Below are positions 34,734-36,631 of a DNA stretch of 36,631 nt, piece after piece. The stretch is from positions 1 to 36,631 of IMG/VR virus record IMGVR_UViG_3300030095_001747. One strand, written 5' to 3'. Position numbers and translations under genes: made by a program. The stretch comes from a virus (Duplodnaviria > Caudoviricetes). The notes below the pieces were generated by a model. That model saw only the letters and a program-made list of their open reading frames with translations. It ran no database searches and was not told the origin of the DNA. Positions within the stretch are counted from its first letter, which is position 1; each line of letters starts with the position of its first letter.

Positions 34734-36349
34734 TCAGCCTGGCCTTGACTCGCTTGTAAGGCTTGCATAAGCGGCGCAACGTTACGCGCTTGCTCGGAGT
34801 TTTCCATTTCTTGCTGTGCTTCTTGTTGTGCAGCGGCTGCCTCTTGCTGTTGCTGGCGTAATGCAGCTACTTGCTCATCCGACAGTATGACTTGTGCCGG
34901 CAATCCGGTGACTTTTATAATGTACTTTACTAAACCATCATTATCGAGAAAGTCCGTGATGCCTGGTATCGCCTCGGCTAAACCGGTCATCAATTCAATT
35001 CCGCGCACTAGATTTTGTAGATCCCCTATCTTTTGGGCCTTTGCCAGCGGTGATACGTACTCAATATCTATATCTTGTCCTTGCAGTTCTTCCGGTGCTG
35101 GCGGTAATACGCCCTGGGTAAGCAGCAATTCAAACGTCCTATCAATAAGAGGCTTCAGTAATTCGGATTGCAATCGACCAAGTACCGGGCCAAGTAAGCG
35201 CAAGCGCTCTTCTTGCATCTGTAATGTTTGTGTCGCTGTCATTGTTTTATCGGTTGACGCTAACAGCTGGTCTACATAAAAGATCCGGCGAATCTGATCT
35301 TGCCGTCGCTCCTCCTGGTTAAGCTGCAACAAGTTATTGGCATCGGTTTTTAGTGGCTCAATACGATCTCTTGATCCCGATCTATAGAAATTCAATGCTC
35401 CTGGTGATGTTCGTACCGGCAAAACATAGCCATCATCCGGAACCATTAGCGGCGGATCCAGCTGCTTTTGTGCCGCACGAATACCAATCTCGGCCATTTT
35501 CGACACCATCATTGTATCGGCAAGGCTTGTATGCGCCGGAGAGTGTCCGTAAACACTCGAGCTATCCTTAGTAAACCTGGGTGTCGCGATAGGCATACTG
35601 TCAAAACCGCTTTCTTGCATCATTGTTTTGCTGTCGAAACAGTAGTGAATAGACGCAAACGGCTTGTCTTTTGCTGCTTTTGCTAATCCTCCAGCATCTT
35701 GTCGTGGATAAATCGCGTTAATTATAGAGAATTTCTCTAGCGGATCGTTCTCGAGCGACTTACGTATTTTCTCTGATAGGTTTTCTTTGCCAAACTTTTG
35801 CTCTGCTTGCCTGGCGGTCAACTCATACTTACGAAACACAGTGTCAACACGGCCCTCATGGTTCTCGGCAATGTAGATCTCCGCTATATGCCGGGTAGAA
35901 AAGCGGATATCCTGGCCCATTTCTTTCTCGATTGCCAGCGCTGCCGTTCCAAAAACAACAAGATCGTAGTACAATTCGTGTATTTCTTGCTGAAAATTGG
36001 ATCTTTCTAGCTCCTGGTACATAATATCGGTGCATGTTTCCAGCCATTCGTTCAACGCATCGACTTGCTGAAATGCTCTGTTTCTATACCGCATAGAAAA
36101 CCACGGCACACTCGGACTTGTTAGTGTGCCATGTAAGTTCGCTGCTAGCAATTCGACCGCATGTTGCGCGGTGGAGTCGAATATTCGTTGGTCTTTTCTC
36201 TCGCCTGGTGTGCGTTTATTAATGATATCCGCTTTCCTGGGTAAGAAAAAATCGGCTACTTCTTGCCATCTATTCTCGATGTTGCTGCGCTGTGTTGCTA
36301 GTGTTTCATAGCGTTTGTGCAGCATCTGTACTAATTTCGATGGTTCCAT
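34730..36349 (-). CDS. Portal (head-tail connector)
   Basis: FDSTA, LVVFGT, YG.SP, MTAT, LGP..GRLQ.E.L.PLI.R and EYVSPLA motifs of T7-like portals. Confidence 0.95.
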   Translation of the reverse strand: MEPSKLVQMLHKRYETLATQRSNIENRWQEVADFFLPRKADIINKRTPGERKDQRIFDSTAQHAVELLAANLHGTLTSPSVPWFSMRYRNRAFQQVDALNEWLETCTDIMYQELERSNFQQEIHELYYDLVVFGTAALAIEKEMGQDIRFSTRHIAEIYIAENHEGRVDTVFRKYELTARQAEQKFGKENLSEKIRKSLENDPLEKFSIINAIYPRQDAGGLAKAAKDKPFASIHYCFDSKTMMQESGFDSMPIATPRFTKDSSSVYGHSPAHTSLADTMMVSKMAEIGIRAAQKQLDPPLMVPDDGYVLPVRTSPGALNFYRSGSRDRIEPLKTDANNLLQLNQEERRQDQIRRIFYVDQLLASTDKTMTATQTLQMQEERLRLLGPVLGRLQSELLKPLIDRTFELLLTQGVLPPAPEELQGQDIDIEYVSPLAKAQKIGDLQNLVRGIELMTGLAEAIPGITDFLDNDGLVKYIIKVTGLPAQVILSDEQVAALRQQQQEAAAAQQEAQQEMENSEQARNVAPLMQALQASQGQAE

Positions 36350-36351
36350 AT

Positions 36352-36624
36352 CTAACTCTTTTTATTGCGCCTAGCAAAGTTTCGTGCAGCCTCTACGCTG
36401 CCAAATCCCCAGGCTTTTAGCGCTAGTGCCTTGCGCGTTGGCTCACCTTTTTCGTTTTTCATTGGGCCACGCATGCCGGCAAATCTGGCGGCAAAACTAA
36501 CACGACGGCCATCATTTCCCGATTTCTGCGGACTCTTAAGATTGCTGCCCTCAGTACGTTTGAAGAACTTACGACCAGCTGCGTTTAATCCGCCCTTTGG
36601 ATTCTGGTATTTCTTGGCGACCAT
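36352..36624 (-). CDS. Small basic phage protein (90 aa)
   Basis: NPKGGLN..GR and SF.ARF.GM.GP...G.PTR.ALAL..W motifs, common in marine podoviruses (recalled, not searched). Confidence 0.8.
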   Translation of the reverse strand: MVAKKYQNPKGGLNAAGRKFFKRTEGSNLKSPQKSGNDGRRVSFAARFAGMRGPMKNEKGEPTRKALALKAWGFGSVEAARNFARRNKKS

Positions 36625-36631
36625 TAGGCTT
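36441..36631 (+). repeat. Imperfect terminal direct repeat, right copy
   Basis: ~86% identical to 1-191 without gaps. Confidence 0.95.

Overview
The window is essentially one complete (~36.44 kb unit) temperate podovirus genome. It carries a T7/HTVC010P-like virion module (portal, scaffold, major capsid, tail tubular A/B, ejection proteins, fibres) and a lambdoid-style control region (repressor/Cro, recombination genes). It has a tyrosine integrase with an attP matching a tRNA 3' end (probably tRNA-Leu), a GH108 lysis cassette and several DNA-modification genes. I recognised no DNA or RNA polymerase. A marine alphaproteobacterial host is inferred from family resemblance only. The clearest unusual feature is a compact 202-nt, ORF-less group I intron (IC3-like core) interrupting the major capsid gene; splicing restores a 285-aa MCP exactly. 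Other notable features: (1) a C5-methyltransferase split across two overlapping reading frames; (2) an exact inverted copy of the attP arm repeat 10 kb away, downstream of terS; (3) an anti-Shine-Dalgarno hairpin complementary to the RBS of the repressor leader ORF; (4) an ejection protein carrying ParB-like and zeta-toxin-like kinase domains; (5) a TGT/DpdA-like accessory gene; (6) a GATC/CCGG-depleted tail-fibre island; (7) terminal redundancy whose two copies are only ~86% identical. All calls come from reading motifs by eye; no database searches were run.
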